64,000 bases of DNA from Marsupella aquatica (Eukaryota > Plantae > Marchantiophyta), in contig OZ316894.1 of the NCBI GenBank assembly GCA_973895155.1, forward strand, positions 2,248,457 to 2,312,456. Direction: 5' to 3'. Positions 45,963 through 59,392 of the stretch are shown here, in pieces. A model generated the notes under the pieces. The model did no database searches. It saw nothing but the letters and a program-made list of their open reading frames with translations, and was not told the origin of the DNA. Positions within the stretch are counted from its first letter, which is position 1. Each line of letters begins with the position of its first letter. Made by a program: the position numbers and the translations under genes.

Positions 45963-46215
45963 GCCCGGAAGTTTGGAAAGGATCCCTCATGGGGATTGAC
46001 ATTGCAAATTGTAGCTAAAGGGAGAGGCTAGCATTATCTTGATGTTTGTTCTCGCATCCACCCTGTCTAAAACAAATTCAACAGAATAGATATCAAAAAT
46101 ATGAATAAGACAAAGTAACCTCAATAAACTCTCAAACAAGATTATTTACACCAAAAATGATTTACTGATTGAAGTGTGGCGGCTGTGCAATTCGCTCACT
46201 TCCTTGTATTCTGGT

Positions 46216-46410
46216 CTTCAAATATTGATTAGTTTGTGGTCCTTCCACTTAAGATGGAGGTGTTTTTCCTAGTTTACTCCTTTTGTCAGTCTGATTTCTA
46301 ATTTGAAGTACGCTTCAAATATTGATTAGTTTGTGGTCCTTCCACTTAAGATGGAGCCGTTTTTCCTGGTTTTCTCCTCTTGTCAGTCTGATTTCTAATT
46401 TGAAGTACGC
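46216..46410 (+). repeat. Tandem duplication, 97 bp x2
   Basis: CTTCAAATATTGATTAGTTTGTGGTCCTTCCACTTAAGATGGAG... at 46216 and 46313. Confidence 0.9.
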
Positions 46411-47237
46411 CAAAAAGTGTAATGCGAACCACTGTTTTTCTTCAGTCTCCATAATACTGAATCCTCTAAACTTAAAGTACGAACTGTGCGAACGACATTT
46501 TTTATGCAGCCTCCAGAAAACTGAATCGAACAGATTGACCGATTTCAGCTATTGCTAAACCGCGATGTGCTGCCTTGAAATGATTTTGGAGGAAAATCCA
46601 AAGTAACATAAACGGCAGAAGCATTTCATGGCAGACGTTTCGGTTTGAACAATATAGGCAACGTCAGATCGTTGGTGCGGAAGACACTTCGAATTTCTGA
46701 CCATACTTTCGGATTCTAGAAAGGATGGCAACAGGTAGTCCGCTCTGGTCGATCTGTAAAATATACTTTCGTGGTTCCGATGCGGTGATATTCACAGATT
46801 GCAACAAGATTTGGATTGGGTTCTGCACATCACTAATACAAAACTGATACCAACAAAATGGGTGCCGAACTCAATTCCATCACTGCTACTTGAGATGAGA
46901 GATTGAAGAGCCAACAAAGATATAAATCTACCCAGGAAGATGGCTAATGACGAGTTTAACAGAGTCCGAATTAACGTACTTGGAAAGACTGTAGATGCGT
47001 ATAAGATGATCTCTCATGTGCAGTGTTGAGAGCTAGAAGTTTCTCATTTCAAATAATATACAACAATTTGCCGGAAACCCAAAATTGAGTAAAACTGTCA
47101 GTACCATTTACAGTTTTTAAAAACGATGAATCTCGTCCGAGTCAAAAATTGTAGTATCGGTTTCTAAACACTTCTGAAACCAAACTATCAGGTTTCAGAA
47201 CTGCTTAGAAGCCATACTATACACAAGACCCTCTTCT

Positions 47238-50200
47238 TTACACTTTAGACTTAGGTGGTTCGTCCATCTTACCACCTTTGGCTTGTGCCCGGGTCACAGT
47301 AGAAAGGCCTGCCAAAATGCTGTCCAAATCAGATGCTGGCTTGTTCGACTGTTGGGAAGTAGCAGCAGGCATTTTTGAATCTCTCCTTGGCATTCCTAAA
47401 ACTCTAGTTGGCACTCCCGAAGCTGACTCTGCTGGTGCCTTTTTGGCAACAGGTTGTGCAGATTTTGATTTCCCTAACGCTGCTTCAAACTGCGCCCACT
47501 CTTCATTCATATTTTTGTGTTCACCTTTCGGTCTCATCGCTTCTACTTTGGAGTGCCTGGCCCTTTCTCTTTGCTCTGGGCCTGAGAAACTATTTCCAGT
47601 GGTGCTCAACATTTGATCTCGAGGATTCGATGAAACTCCGGATCTCTCTGACAACATAGAAGTGGGAAGTAGACCATCGACCTGTTCACGTTTCCTTTTG
47701 CGTGCGGCTCTCAATTCTTCCTGGCTTGTCCTCCTCATTCTGTTCTCTCTGGGTGAATCTTGGTCCTGCTTGAAGATCCCACTCTCGTGCCTAGCTGGTT
47801 GTTTTCCCTCATTTAAATCCTTTGAATTTATAGAAATATCCCTCTGCCTACCGTGAGTTGGCTCTTGCCCATTATCAGCCCCTTTCTCGTCCAGCTTATG
47901 GTCCCTCGTGTGAGATATTTCTTCTCGACTCCTCCAAGGCCCTTTATCCATGCCATCTCTATTTTCAACGAAAGTTGGATTCTGATCTTCTTTATTTCTA
48001 TTCGAACTTGTTACGGTTGTCTGATCAGTGATACGAGGCTCCATCTCGTGCCTTCTTTTGAAAGCAATGTTCTCCTCCCCTGCTAGCCGATCTTGTTTTC
48101 CCTCCACGTATCTTTCACGTCCACCCAATATTGGTGACTTTAATCTCCCTTCTCTCGTGCCTTCTATCACTACTTCACGGTCATTGCCAAAGGCGTCCTT
48201 CAATACATGGCTCCGTCCTGAAGTCGAACTCCTTTCATTCTGCTTCACCTGAGCAGCAAGTCTTTCAGATGTTGTTGGAACTTTCATTCTGGCCTCCTCG
48301 TCCTTTCCAGAGCCACTGTGTTCCTGTTCTAGCTGTGACCGTAGCTCTAATTTCTCTTTGCTTCCAGAACGTCCATCATCTCGATACAATTTCGTCCCCG
48401 ACTTGTCCCCCAAGCTTCTCTCCCCTTCTGTCACACCTTCTGCTCTTACTCTATCCTGTCCTGTAGTTCGGATTGGCTTTACCTCAGTTATTGACCTCCT
48501 ACCCATATGTCTCTCGCGAGTGCTCTCTCTCGATTGACCCTCCGTTGTATGACTCCTCCTTGAACTCTCTCTCGATGGATCGTCTCCTGAAGGATTCCTC
48601 CTTGACTCAGTTGTTGACCTATCACCCCCCCGTCTGTAACCGGAAGTCTCTCTTGATACGTCTTGTCCTTCATGATATCTCTTCCTTTCGCTAATTGACC
48701 TGCCATGCCTATCACGAGAACGCTCGTTTGATTGATGGGCCCTCTGCCCACTCACCTCACTAGCCCTCCCGTTCTCCGTGGAAGACTTTCCTGTCCATTC
48801 CCTACCAGAGTGATCCGGTGCTCTCCCGTCAACTTTCCTCACCACTGCTCCGCTTGGCTCTTCCCCTTCTCTGTTCTCCTTGAGTCTTCCTGGGGCTCCG
48901 TCAAGAGCAGTTGATTTCCATAAATCAACGTTTGCCTGGTTATCGTCTTCTCTGACCTTCGAGGTCTTGAGAGCTCTACTTGAATGCGAAGATTCAACCA
49001 AAGGTCTACTTTTCTGGAAGAAGGAACCGTACGGCTTTTGCAAGGAATGTATGACTGCTCTCCTTTCGGCGTTTGATAGCAAAGATGCCCACGAAGAATT
49101 GGCCTTCAAGGTGATAGCATTGCCGATGATCCACAAAGAGAACCGAGCACGTGTAAGCGCAACATTCATTCTTCGGACATCTGCCACAAAACCGATACCC
49201 CCTGGTTGTTTCGACTTCTCACTTGAGGATGAGGATGCTCGGACTGTAGTCAATATTAAGATGTCGACCTCCCTACCTTGAAAACCATCCACAGTGTTGA
49301 ACTCTATCTCAGAAGCTCCAGCAGTGCCCAGTGCCCTCCCAAACTCTTCTTGCAGTAGTCTTAGCTGCTGCTTATACGGTGTGATTATTCCAACTCTGCC
49401 GTCCCATAGTTCAGCTGGATATCTCTTCTTCAAAGCTAGGTAGAGATGCACAGCAACTGATACTTCAGCCTGATTACTTAATGATTGTGAAGCCGAACTC
49501 CCCTTCCTGCTTTCTTGACCATCCACTACGTTGAAGAAGACGTAAGGCCCAAAGCTCGGCTCTCTATGAAATATTGCCTTTCTGGCTGCGGTCAAACCTT
49601 CGCCGTCCGTTATGAGATCATCATAAAAATGCGCTGATGGAAATTGGCGAATCTGCGGATGCATTCGGTACTGTGTGCTAAGCATGGTCACTGGAAACCC
49701 GGCCCTTTGCAAGCGCTCAAACATGCTGCATTCATATTGCATCCTGCTGGCCGTCTGGGAGAGAACTGTAGCTGGGAGTTGCTTCGGATCGCCGACCATA
49801 ACACACCGTGCATTCGTCTGGACGAGGAGCTGTAAGGGGATGAGGGTGGCGGGCTCCAGCGCTTGTGCTGCTTCATCTATGACAACAGCATCAAAAAAGC
49901 ACTCTTGCACTGACTTGTTCTTCTTGTTCCCTCCGACTAAAGACTCCATACACACTGAGTAAATATCACCTCCACATCCGCTGAGAGTTGTTACCACAAC
50001 ATCTGCTTGCCTGATAATATCTCTTTTGATTGCCTTGCGCATATTCTTGCTCTCTTCATATGCTTTCTTCCCCTCCTTTTCTGCCGTGGCCACTTCTGCC
50101 GTTAGAGCCCTCCGCTGATTGTACAGCAAATTCAATTTACCTGTCATAAAAACAACAGATTCAAACATTAAAAATTCAAATTTTCACGATTCCCATGATC

Positions 50201-53200
50201 GAGAACTTGGACAATGGAAAAAATGCATTAAGAACAATTTACCTGTTACAGCTGATTCTCCCATAGCTATGACTTTCAACGCCTTTTCCGTCCACACTGA
50301 CTCGGACACTCCAGCCTTTGGTTCATTCTTTTCTCCCCCCACACCCTTTGATTGAGAACGAAGGGACTCTATGACCTGAATGAACTCAATGACTTCTTCT
50401 AGCTTCGACCTGGAAGCCACAAACTTGGTTTGTTCCGCGTCGTCTGGGCCATCGGTGTCATTTTCCTTTTCAGATAATTTTCCAAGACGCTGATCTACAA
50501 GGGTATCGATGTAAACTGGTAGAGACCTAGGGTGGACGGATTTCAAGGTACCAACCCGGACCACAACTGGCTTGAAGAATTTGCCATCAACACCATAAAG
50601 CCCATTCTTGCAGATCCTTGCAACGATTTCATCAACTGCTGCATTAGACTGGGCACACACTAATACCCTCTGTTTTTGGCCCTGGAGATCTGCGGCGTAC
50701 TTCCCACTCTCTTTCATCATCTCCTGGGCCCTAGCAGCATCTTGCCAGGCTCTACTCACTGCAGCAGCGTCACGGCTTGACGATTTTATTGCATTGTTAA
50801 AACCACCGGTGCCCATATTGCTTCTAGATATCGGAGGTTGGTTTTCCATTCCAGCTATGGTGAAGGTCCTCTTGGAGGACCGTAATGCAAGAAGGACGCT
50901 TAGAATGGCCACAATTGTTTTAGTTTTTCCGGTCCCTGGCGGACCCTGGACCAAAGTGAGCTGATGGTGATTTGTCATTGTCTCTTTCCCCCCAATTGAA
51001 TCAGCAATAGCTCTGAGTTGACTCTCGTTGTATTCCCCTCTGAGCTTACTTTGCAAGGGCTCTGGCAAACACCTCAACTTGGCAATTGAAGAAACCCTTT
51101 CGGACTTTTTCAATTGGTCGCTCGCCGCAGGGGACAGGAGGACGGGCAAAAGAGGGAGACTTTGTAGACTGGATAGAGCCTGCCATTCCCGAATTTGGGG
51201 TGTAATGTTCATAATCCGTGTCATGTACCATTTACTACGGTCCACTAACAACCGTTTGGCTTTGGAAAGGCGAACATCACCACCAACAGGGACGTATAGC
51301 TTCAAGAGTAAAACCGTAGCCCTACTTTTGCTCTCTTTATCTCTGCTCTCCATCTTTGCAAGTACGTGACAACTTTGGGCTCCAGATTGCAATGATTGCC
51401 TGCTAAGAAGGATCATTTCATTGTCAGCACACGCCCTAGCTGCACCATCTGAACCCGCTTCTGCTACAAAGCGACCCACCTGAAAGTCATCCACTCGTTC
51501 CAATGACATCAACCTCAAGATACCAGTTTTAGTTGCATCTGACAGATTCAGTTCTCCATGGGATTGTTGCAATTGTGACTTGAACTCCTCCAACACCAGT
51601 GGCCGGAAAATGCTCATGTACTGCTCGGGAGACTTGAAGGTCAAAGGAACTTTCTCCAATCGCTCACCTAAATTACTCCCAGGAAAAGAGTTCTCATCTG
51701 ATATTCCAACAATTGATAGGTAGTCCAAGGAGAGAATTTGTTTATACCAATGATCTAGTCGTGGGATCTGACGTGGATTTATGACCAAGCCTGGTTTTGG
51801 CTTTGCAAAAGTACCTCCTCCTCGTCCAATCTCACCTGGCATTTCCAAAGTGATCAACTTTCTCCGTGGTTTGAGCACTGTCTCTGTTAGTCCTAGTCGA
51901 GGTCTACGAACAGTATCCAATGCAGCGTCTAAAGGGTCAACCTCATCATCTTGAACGAGCTCCTTCAACTCAGCATCAATGCCACGAGGAATATCTGAGA
52001 CACCCAACGAGTCAGGTGCTGAAGCATTCATATGATTCTGCTCTACCGTTGTAAATTGTTTAGCACGGGCTTCCCTTTCAACTCTTTCTCTTACTTGACT
52101 TCGCACTATGTCCGCCACTGCCGAGCGCTCGTCTAGGGCCTCCCTATGCTCATTGCGAAGAGAGGAAAGCTTGCCTCCAGCCTTCTGAAACTTACCAGGA
52201 ACACTCTTATATGGAGGAGGTGCCTTGGAAGCGATGCTGCTCCTAACCTCTTCTTGCGCCTGAAATCCTCCCTTTTTGGTTTCTCTTTCTGCCTTCTTCG
52301 TCAAGAACTTGGCCAAATAATCGTCAAGGGTTCCTTTCTGACTTGACGGTCGTTGCAGCTGTGGTCTTTGAGGCCAATCAAATTGCCTTTTCTCAGAGAT
52401 GTTTGTGAGGGAGCCACTCCCTTCATCAGGTAAGTTGCCATACTTTCTATTGAAAGTAGTGTCGACAACATCACTTTCGTCCAGCTGCTTCTTCTGTAAA
52501 GTTGATAAGGGGAAGGGGTCATCTCTATGTAAATCCAACCGATGCACTACTGCGGATGCAGAAGCCTCTGGACTAAGATCAATGACATCGTTGTGTGGTC
52601 CAATTGCCTTCGCAGGAGCATCCCTTTCTAAAGTCGATATGGGATCATCACCATGAAGATTCAACCGATGGACTCTTGCAGATGGAGAGGCCTCTGGAGA
52701 ATCAGTAAGATCAATGACCTCGTTGTGATAATGAGCATTCTCCCTTTTCACAGTGGCCCCGGTCGTTTCTCTATCCAAAAACTGGTGGCTCCGAACTAAA
52801 GTGGGTACGGATTGTAAGAGACTAGTAAGACGAAACCTACGTTGTTGATCAAGCTCTTGTCCTGGTTTGCGCAAGTCCAAAATTAAGTCCTCTAGTTCAA
52901 GGGGAAGGACAAGCTCCCATCCCTTCAAATCTTCAAGTATAGAAGCAACGGCTTCCTTCCACCACCTTTGAATAATGGGTGACGCGACTTCACTCCAGCT
53001 AACAAATGCACGAAACCAGGTCAAGTCACTGCTCTCTTGCAGTGGTGTCGCTTTGCTCCCATCTTTCCCCAAAAAAAAAATCTTCTTCTGGGTTGCATTC
53101 AAATTTCGAAACACACAGGGTAACAGCTGAAGCATACGCGTGAAAGTCATCAACTGACCAGCACCTTCCAAGTGCTCTCTGCCTTCCATGATTGTTTTGA

Positions 53201-55661
53201 CCAATGAAGGCCACAATTGACGAGCTAGTTGTGTGCATAGCTTCCTCCATGCTGCCTCATCTTTCTGCCCCTTGTTCACAGGTGTCGCCTGAGAGTTGTC
53301 CAGGCTCAGACTTCGGAAATTGGGTTGGTTCAGAAAACCACCATCATGAGAGCCTTGCAGTTGTCTTGCATGCCTTTCTGGCTGCTCCTTATCACCAAGA
53401 GTGAGCAATTTCCAAACGTGAAAGTAAAGCTGTTGAAGCCCTCTAGAGCACCGATTCAGAGGCCTGTGCCACAATTGTTTAAGAGCATGGTGTAACCCTC
53501 GAGAGACAGCAGCACAAGATGCTTCATTAGAGCAAAGTAACTCAAGTCCGGCTTCCAGGGTACTATTGTTGCTGACGCGGCGAAGAACTTCTTTGCCAAA
53601 CTCCCTGAAGGTAGCATTTGCATCCAGCGGTATGAGTATGCATGGCTCTGCCATTCTTGCCTCCCACGCCCAATCTCCTTGCTCAAACCCAGTATCTCGA
53701 GCATGACTGACATATTTCTCCGCACACTTTTTGAAAACTCCAACAAGTTCCTCGTGATGAATCGCCGTCTTGACTGCATTTACACAACCTTCTCCCCTTG
53801 CTCCATCCTCACATCCCTTTGGTTTCACCCACATGAAGGCTACAGATAAATCTCTAGCGCAAGCCACCTCGTTTATACAGGTAACCACTGAATCTTTTGG
53901 AGTTGTCACTCCTTCTAAGTCTATGATTGAAAGGCGGCTCAGCGCCCACATTATTGCCTTCAAAAACGATAACGTTAAGTTGCTGGGCGTTATCCCATTG
54001 AGAATATCTACCCAAAGGAGAGGTAGACAAAACCATTGTTCACTGGCTTCCACCGATCGAGTCACGGACAAAAAGGAGAGCCAGCAATTGGAGTCTTGCC
54101 CTTTTCTTCCCTTGTCAGGTGTCTCCTCAGCGGTCTCATCCTCATCATTGTCATTGATATCCAGCGCGTAGTACTTTTCAAAATTTTGTAAATCTGAGGC
54201 TTGCCGTATTGAAACTGCTGCCAGTGCTGCTGCATCTGCTACAATTATGGACTGAATCAGATCCGTAGCAGACTGCTTGACTGACTGTATGAGGCTACTG
54301 TCCTTCAGAGTTGCAACTAAAGGAGGTCCCCAGAAATGAACACATTCTACCGGAGGCAATGGTGGATCCATTGTATATCCACGTCCAATGATTGAGAAAG
54401 CAACCTGACGAGCCTTCTTGGTGATGAATGGCTGGAAGTTGCTACTCAATGGAACTTGTTGCAAAAGGAAATAGAGCAACCGTCTTCGTTGGTTCTCATA
54501 CTCTCCATCCTGAAGAGCTTCCAATGACGTCAAGAAAGGCAGGAACAGATCAAAAATGTGAACATGCAATCGCTCTTCACGAGAATGGAAGCACTGACTA
54601 AGGAGGGTGTTCCGCATTACCCCAGGAGAGAACGTTGTCCCCAGCCACAATTTGTATTTCAGGACCTCCAAAAGTAGTTTGAGACATCGAAGAGCATTCC
54701 AAAAGACAGGTGTCACTTCACTGATATGGTTCAGCACGATGCTGACAAATGTAGGATATTTCTCCATCACACCCTTCAGAAATGCTGGTGGCTCCAGAAA
54801 AGTGAGGAAAGTTGTCAAGCCTATCCAAAGGGCCTCCCTGGTGAAGGAGGCTCTTGGACGACCATGATTTGCATAAAGTGTCGAGCCAAAAGAATCATAC
54901 TCCAGACAATCCATGCACTTCCCCAGCATGTGTTGTATTGACTCCATGTCATGTTCATCCTTGAACTTGGGCAGAGACTGAGCAAGCTTTCCAGCAATCC
55001 GCCTTACTCCTTGATCCTTGTGAAGTAGAAGACTATACACACCTGGGTAACGCTGCCCGGCCGCCAGAGAAAGGTCATGTGTTTCCTCCACATGTAGTAA
55101 GAATGGCCCCACAGATTCATTTACTTCGGCATCATCCAACAAGAACGGAAACATCAGCACCTCGAACATAACACAAATGACTTCTTGTGAATCTTCTTTG
55201 GGATCAAGGGTGTCTGTGTTGAACTTGTCCACAAGCTCCTTCATGTGCTCAGCCACTCGTTCCTCGTCAAGGGCCTGGATAATATCCAGCAAGGGTTTCA
55301 CCACTTCTTCCACGAATTCTGAAGTGTAGAACTCCTTTGCTCTGTGATGTTGCACAACGCACCTTGTGCATCCCCTCATCTCTTTCCTGAGACGACTCCA
55401 CAACACTTTCAATGACGAATTGGGCGAGGTTTCGTGGAAATAGCTGTAGAAGGGCTCCAACAGAGGTTGCATGATCTCTTTGTGTCCGCACCAACAATGG
55501 GACTCTTCAGGGAGATCTCGGAGGAATGAAAATGCCTGCACGAACCACTGCTCTTTCTTGGTCTTGAATTGATCTTCCGCTTCCTCTGCCTCCAGATCCT
55601 CAATTTCCTTCCATTGCTGGATAAGCCGGTCCTCCATTGCCCTTCTCCTAGACTCCGCCAT
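47238..55661 (-). CDS. SEN1/senataxin-like SF1B (Upf1-like) helicase, ~2,773 aa; exons 55661-50243 and 50140-47238
   Basis: YNESQLRAI, LVQGPPGTGKT, VLVCAQSNAAVDE, VIDEAAQA, VGDPKQLPATV, QYRMHP.I..FPS.HFY, GIITPYKQQ, NTVDGFQGRE.D, RRMNVALTRAR. Long helical N-terminal region. The 102-nt GT-AG intron keeps the frame (VTG|KLNLL) and removes the stop between the two large ORFs. Confidence 0.92.
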
Positions 55662-57632
55662 CCTGGTTTCCAATTACTGAGCGGACAATTTTTGTATTCT
55701 GAAAGCCAAATGCATTTATACATCCCCAATTCCTTGACAAGGGACCTTTGGCCTTCTTACATACACCGCCCAAACAGGTTGCCTCCGGAGAACTCTCGAC
55801 CGATACAAGTCCAAGACAAGCAAATCTTCCAGTCGCTTACTAACATAGATCATGTTTGTGAAACAAAGTTCCAAAACTGAAGCAATATAGGACCTCCTGG
55901 CTGTACAGTAATTCCAGCCAGCTGAAGTCCCTAGCAGGAGAATCTGACTGCAAGCTTCCACTCTCCTGGAAAGCCACAGAGACCTTATAGAATTCAGTAG
56001 GGGCTTCCTAATGTTCAACTTTGGAGTCCCCTGTAATCACCGCGGTGGGCATCGCCTTCAATGCTGCCAAAATCAAATCGAAAGCATAACCCGTCACATC
56101 AGCTGGCTTCATTTAGCCACCCACTAAGATATGTTGTTGACCGTGAATTCATTGACGGACACAGCAGGATTGAAGCCTCTCTTTCTTTGAGCTTTCTGCT
56201 GAGACTCCTTCCTATTTGCAAAGCACATTTCTTCTCCTCTTCTCATTCTACTCACCTCTTCCTTAGACTACCTTCGCCGATTCATCCTTGCTATTTTGTC
56301 GTGTGTTCCAGAAGCGATTGGAGGATTGGAGGGGCACTGGGCGGAGCAGGTTTGTCGGGCTTTGGACGAAAAGGACTGGATTCCAAAGGGGCAGGGCAGG
56401 AAAGAGAACACGGTGGAGGAAAAAGTTCACCGTGTTATCAATTTCAACAAAGAGTATTTGCCAAAGCTGTATTCTTCAAGATTTCTCGACGACGTCACTT
56501 TTCTACGGAGGCTACCAATAGCAGAATGCATTAAGAAAAGAATTCTTCATTTTTTTCACTTGAAAGTACGTTTGGGAAGACTGGACAAACACACATCTAA
56601 ATGTACTGGACGCTCACAGACATTCGGCGAATTGCACGAGCTGTTGGAGCTGCTTTCCCCCAGTGGGCTACGTCATTTCCTTCAGCCGATTCGCAAGCAG
56701 CTCCCGGGTGCCGAGCCGAATCAGCCAGTCTGGTAGTACATTTGTGTACAGAGCTCGCATTCCCATTCGCGCCGCGTACTCACTGGACGCTGCCAGTATT
56801 GACTTCGACGAGCCCATTCTCTTGGGGTGAATTGAATTGTCCTCCACCCCACTCCACTCGAATGGAACCCAACTCGACTGAGCTCAACTCGATTGCACTG
56901 CAATCTGCTGGAAAGGCTGATCGATTATAGTTGCACACAGGCAGAAGAAATACGGGAGGGGGAGTACTCCGGTCTGCATTGTTTCTTTCAGTGGGTTTAT
57001 CGTGTGCTGTTGGTCATCTGGATGGAATACTATCTGCTTGCTTGCAGGCAACGGCAGTGCTCCTGCCGTCCGGGAAACTGCAGATCAAAAGGGAGCAGTA
57101 CTTCCCGATTGGTTGCCCCAGAGACATTCAAGTGAACTGCAGGAATCATTGCAGAAATTCGATGCCGTCAAATCAAAGATCACTGAATTCTCGAAAACCA
57201 GTGTGCACAGACAGAGTGTGCTTGTAAAGCTAATATTTCTGTGCTGAGCTTCCACAAGTAGCTTAAACCAAACAATGCAGCGAACTAAAAACCACAGATT
57301 TAGCAGAGCTAAGATTTCTTTGCGGGAGCCTGCAACCAAATTCGACCTACTTGGGAACCACTGCAACGATGGAGCAGAGTGTTAATTAATAAAAGAGCTG
57401 TTAACAAAATGCTTCAACCTAGCTACAGTCTATGGAGTTGGGAACGAATTGACGAATCAAACGAGGGCTCACAAAGATTGACTGCGAGAACGAGAGAGCC
57501 AGCACAACGAGAGGTGGCAACGAGAGCACCAAAACTTCCACTGCACAGAAGAAGTTCACTAGACTGATGACCTCGAGCTCTGATTGCGTTTGTGTGAGCT
57601 GTTTGTTCGCTGCTCCACTTCGTCTCTATTGC

Positions 57633-57980
57633 GGCATGAGAATTCAGATCCCAGCCGTTCCAATACGGTCCCGCTCTAATCCAACGGGCCAGATTCTCTT
57701 TGCCCAACACTTGCAGAACACTTTACTTTGCTGCTCCACTTCGCCTCCTGGTGGCATGAGAGCATTGAGATTTCGGCCGTTCGGATCCGTTCCCGCTCGA
57801 CACCAACGGGCCAGATTCGTTTTGCCAACACCCTTTAATTTGTTGATCCACTTCATCTTCTTGTGGCATGAGACTTCAGATCCCAGCCGTTCCGATCCGT
57901 TCCTGCCCAACTCCAATGGGCCAGATTGGCTTAACTAACACACTTTAATTTGCTTCTCCCACTTCATTTTTTTAGTGGCA
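57633..57980 (+). repeat. Degenerate tandem repeat, ~115-120 bp x3, upstream of the helicase gene
   Basis: GGCATGAGA...GATCCCAGCCGTTCC...CCAA(C/T)GGGCCAGATT...AACAC at ~57633, ~57753 and ~57866. Confidence 0.8.
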
Positions 57981-58218
57981 TGCTAACTGAGAATGGCAAT
58001 TCACATTTCCAGGAAGTTTATGAATAGATTCATGCCTAAATGTAGACTGAGGGTGAAACTCCAAAAAGTCAGGTTAGTTAGGCCCAGAAAAATGTAATTG
58101 TAAAATCCGCTGCAAGACCTCTTAACTCACCCAAAACTGAGGTTGAGTTTTGCTTCTCGAAATTGCAAGTTAAATGAAAACATGGCAGGAGACCTACTAC
58201 TGAGCAGCACCATCTACA

Positions 58219-58325
58219 CCCCATGTTCATCCAAGGAATGTGTGTGAGATGAAGTGAAATCAATTTTCATGGACCCCCATGTTCATTCAAAGAATGTGTG
58301 TGTGATGAAGTGAAATCAATTTTCA
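58219..58325 (+). repeat. Tandem duplication, ~55 bp x2
   Basis: CCCCATGTTCAT.CAA.GAATGTGTGTG.GATGAAGTGAAATCAATTTTCA occurs twice. Confidence 0.85.
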
Positions 58326-58916
58326 GCAAAGTGGTAACCGATGGTTTTGAGTCTCCCGGTGGTCTTGGTTTGCTCTTGTACAAAAGAGAACACTCAAAAG
58401 ATAGAGGAGATCAATCTGGTTGGGACAATCTCTTAGATTTATCAAACGAAAGATTGAATGTGGAGGGATTGAGTTTATTGACAGTTTTTGTGCACATTGG
58501 AGAAATCGTGTTTCTACCATTCCTAACTGATCGTTTGTGAGTTACTTTGAGCACTACCATCACAAGATAGACTGGAGGACAACACTTAGCTGTTGGTGAA
58601 AGAGCGCTTGTCGTTTCGATGGGAAGAATGCACAAAATGGACAAGCCATCACTTCAGATGAAGGTTTTGTAATTTTTTTAATTTAAGAAAGCTATGGTGT
58701 AAGGGGGAGACCAACAATTGTTTCTTCAACATAGAGATTGCATTTGGCGTCCACCTGTGTTCAAAGTGAGCTTCAGTTCAAGATTGGAGGGACACAAACA
58801 ATTCAAGTTAGGAAGCAAGTGTTGCGGACAAGTGATGACAATGTAATAAAAAAATCAATTTGTAGCAGCTAAGTTTGTGACGGTGACGAGATTGTGACAT
58901 CTCTTAATCAAGAAAG

Positions 58917-59392
58917 GGTTTCCAATGAGCCTTTGATTGACAAATTCTGTCAAATTCCAAATGAGTTTTTGAATTTCTTTGCCTTTCCAATGAGTGTGAC
59001 AATAAGAAATTTTGATCACGAGTTCATAAATTCTTTTAGCTCTCCAATATTGAGTCCGACATTGACAACTTTCATGTCAAATTTTGTCACAGTACTAAAG
59101 AGATCATGAGGTTTTTAATCTCTCTAGCTTTCTAATGTATGACATTTGGAGTTTTGTCAAGAATTAAAGAGATCATGAATATTAAAATTTCTCTAACTTT
59201 CCAATGAACCTAATATTGATAGATATTGTCAAGTACTAAGGAGATGATGAGTTTCTAATTTACTCTAGCTTTCCAATGAGTGTGACATTGAGAGATTTTA
59301 TCAAGACACTACTGAAGAGGTCATGAGTATCTAAATTTTGATCTTGAGCTTTCCAATGAATCAAACATTGACAGATTTCATCAAATACTAAA
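58917..59392 (+). repeat. Degenerate AT-rich tandem array, ~70-bp unit, about 6-7 copies
   Basis: Recurrent AGCTTTCCAATGA...ACATTGA...TTTGTCAA.TACTAA.GAGATCATGA. Confidence 0.75.

Noticed and set aside
47238-50168. The 976-aa and 1,829-aa ORFs as two genes, or as a nonsense-disrupted pseudogene
   Set aside because: The helicase motifs are split between them, and a GT-AG intron (50141-50242) joins them in frame.
58917-59392. Spaced repeats resembling a CRISPR array
   Set aside because: The whole units are degenerate copies with no unique spacers, there are no cas genes, and the context is eukaryotic.
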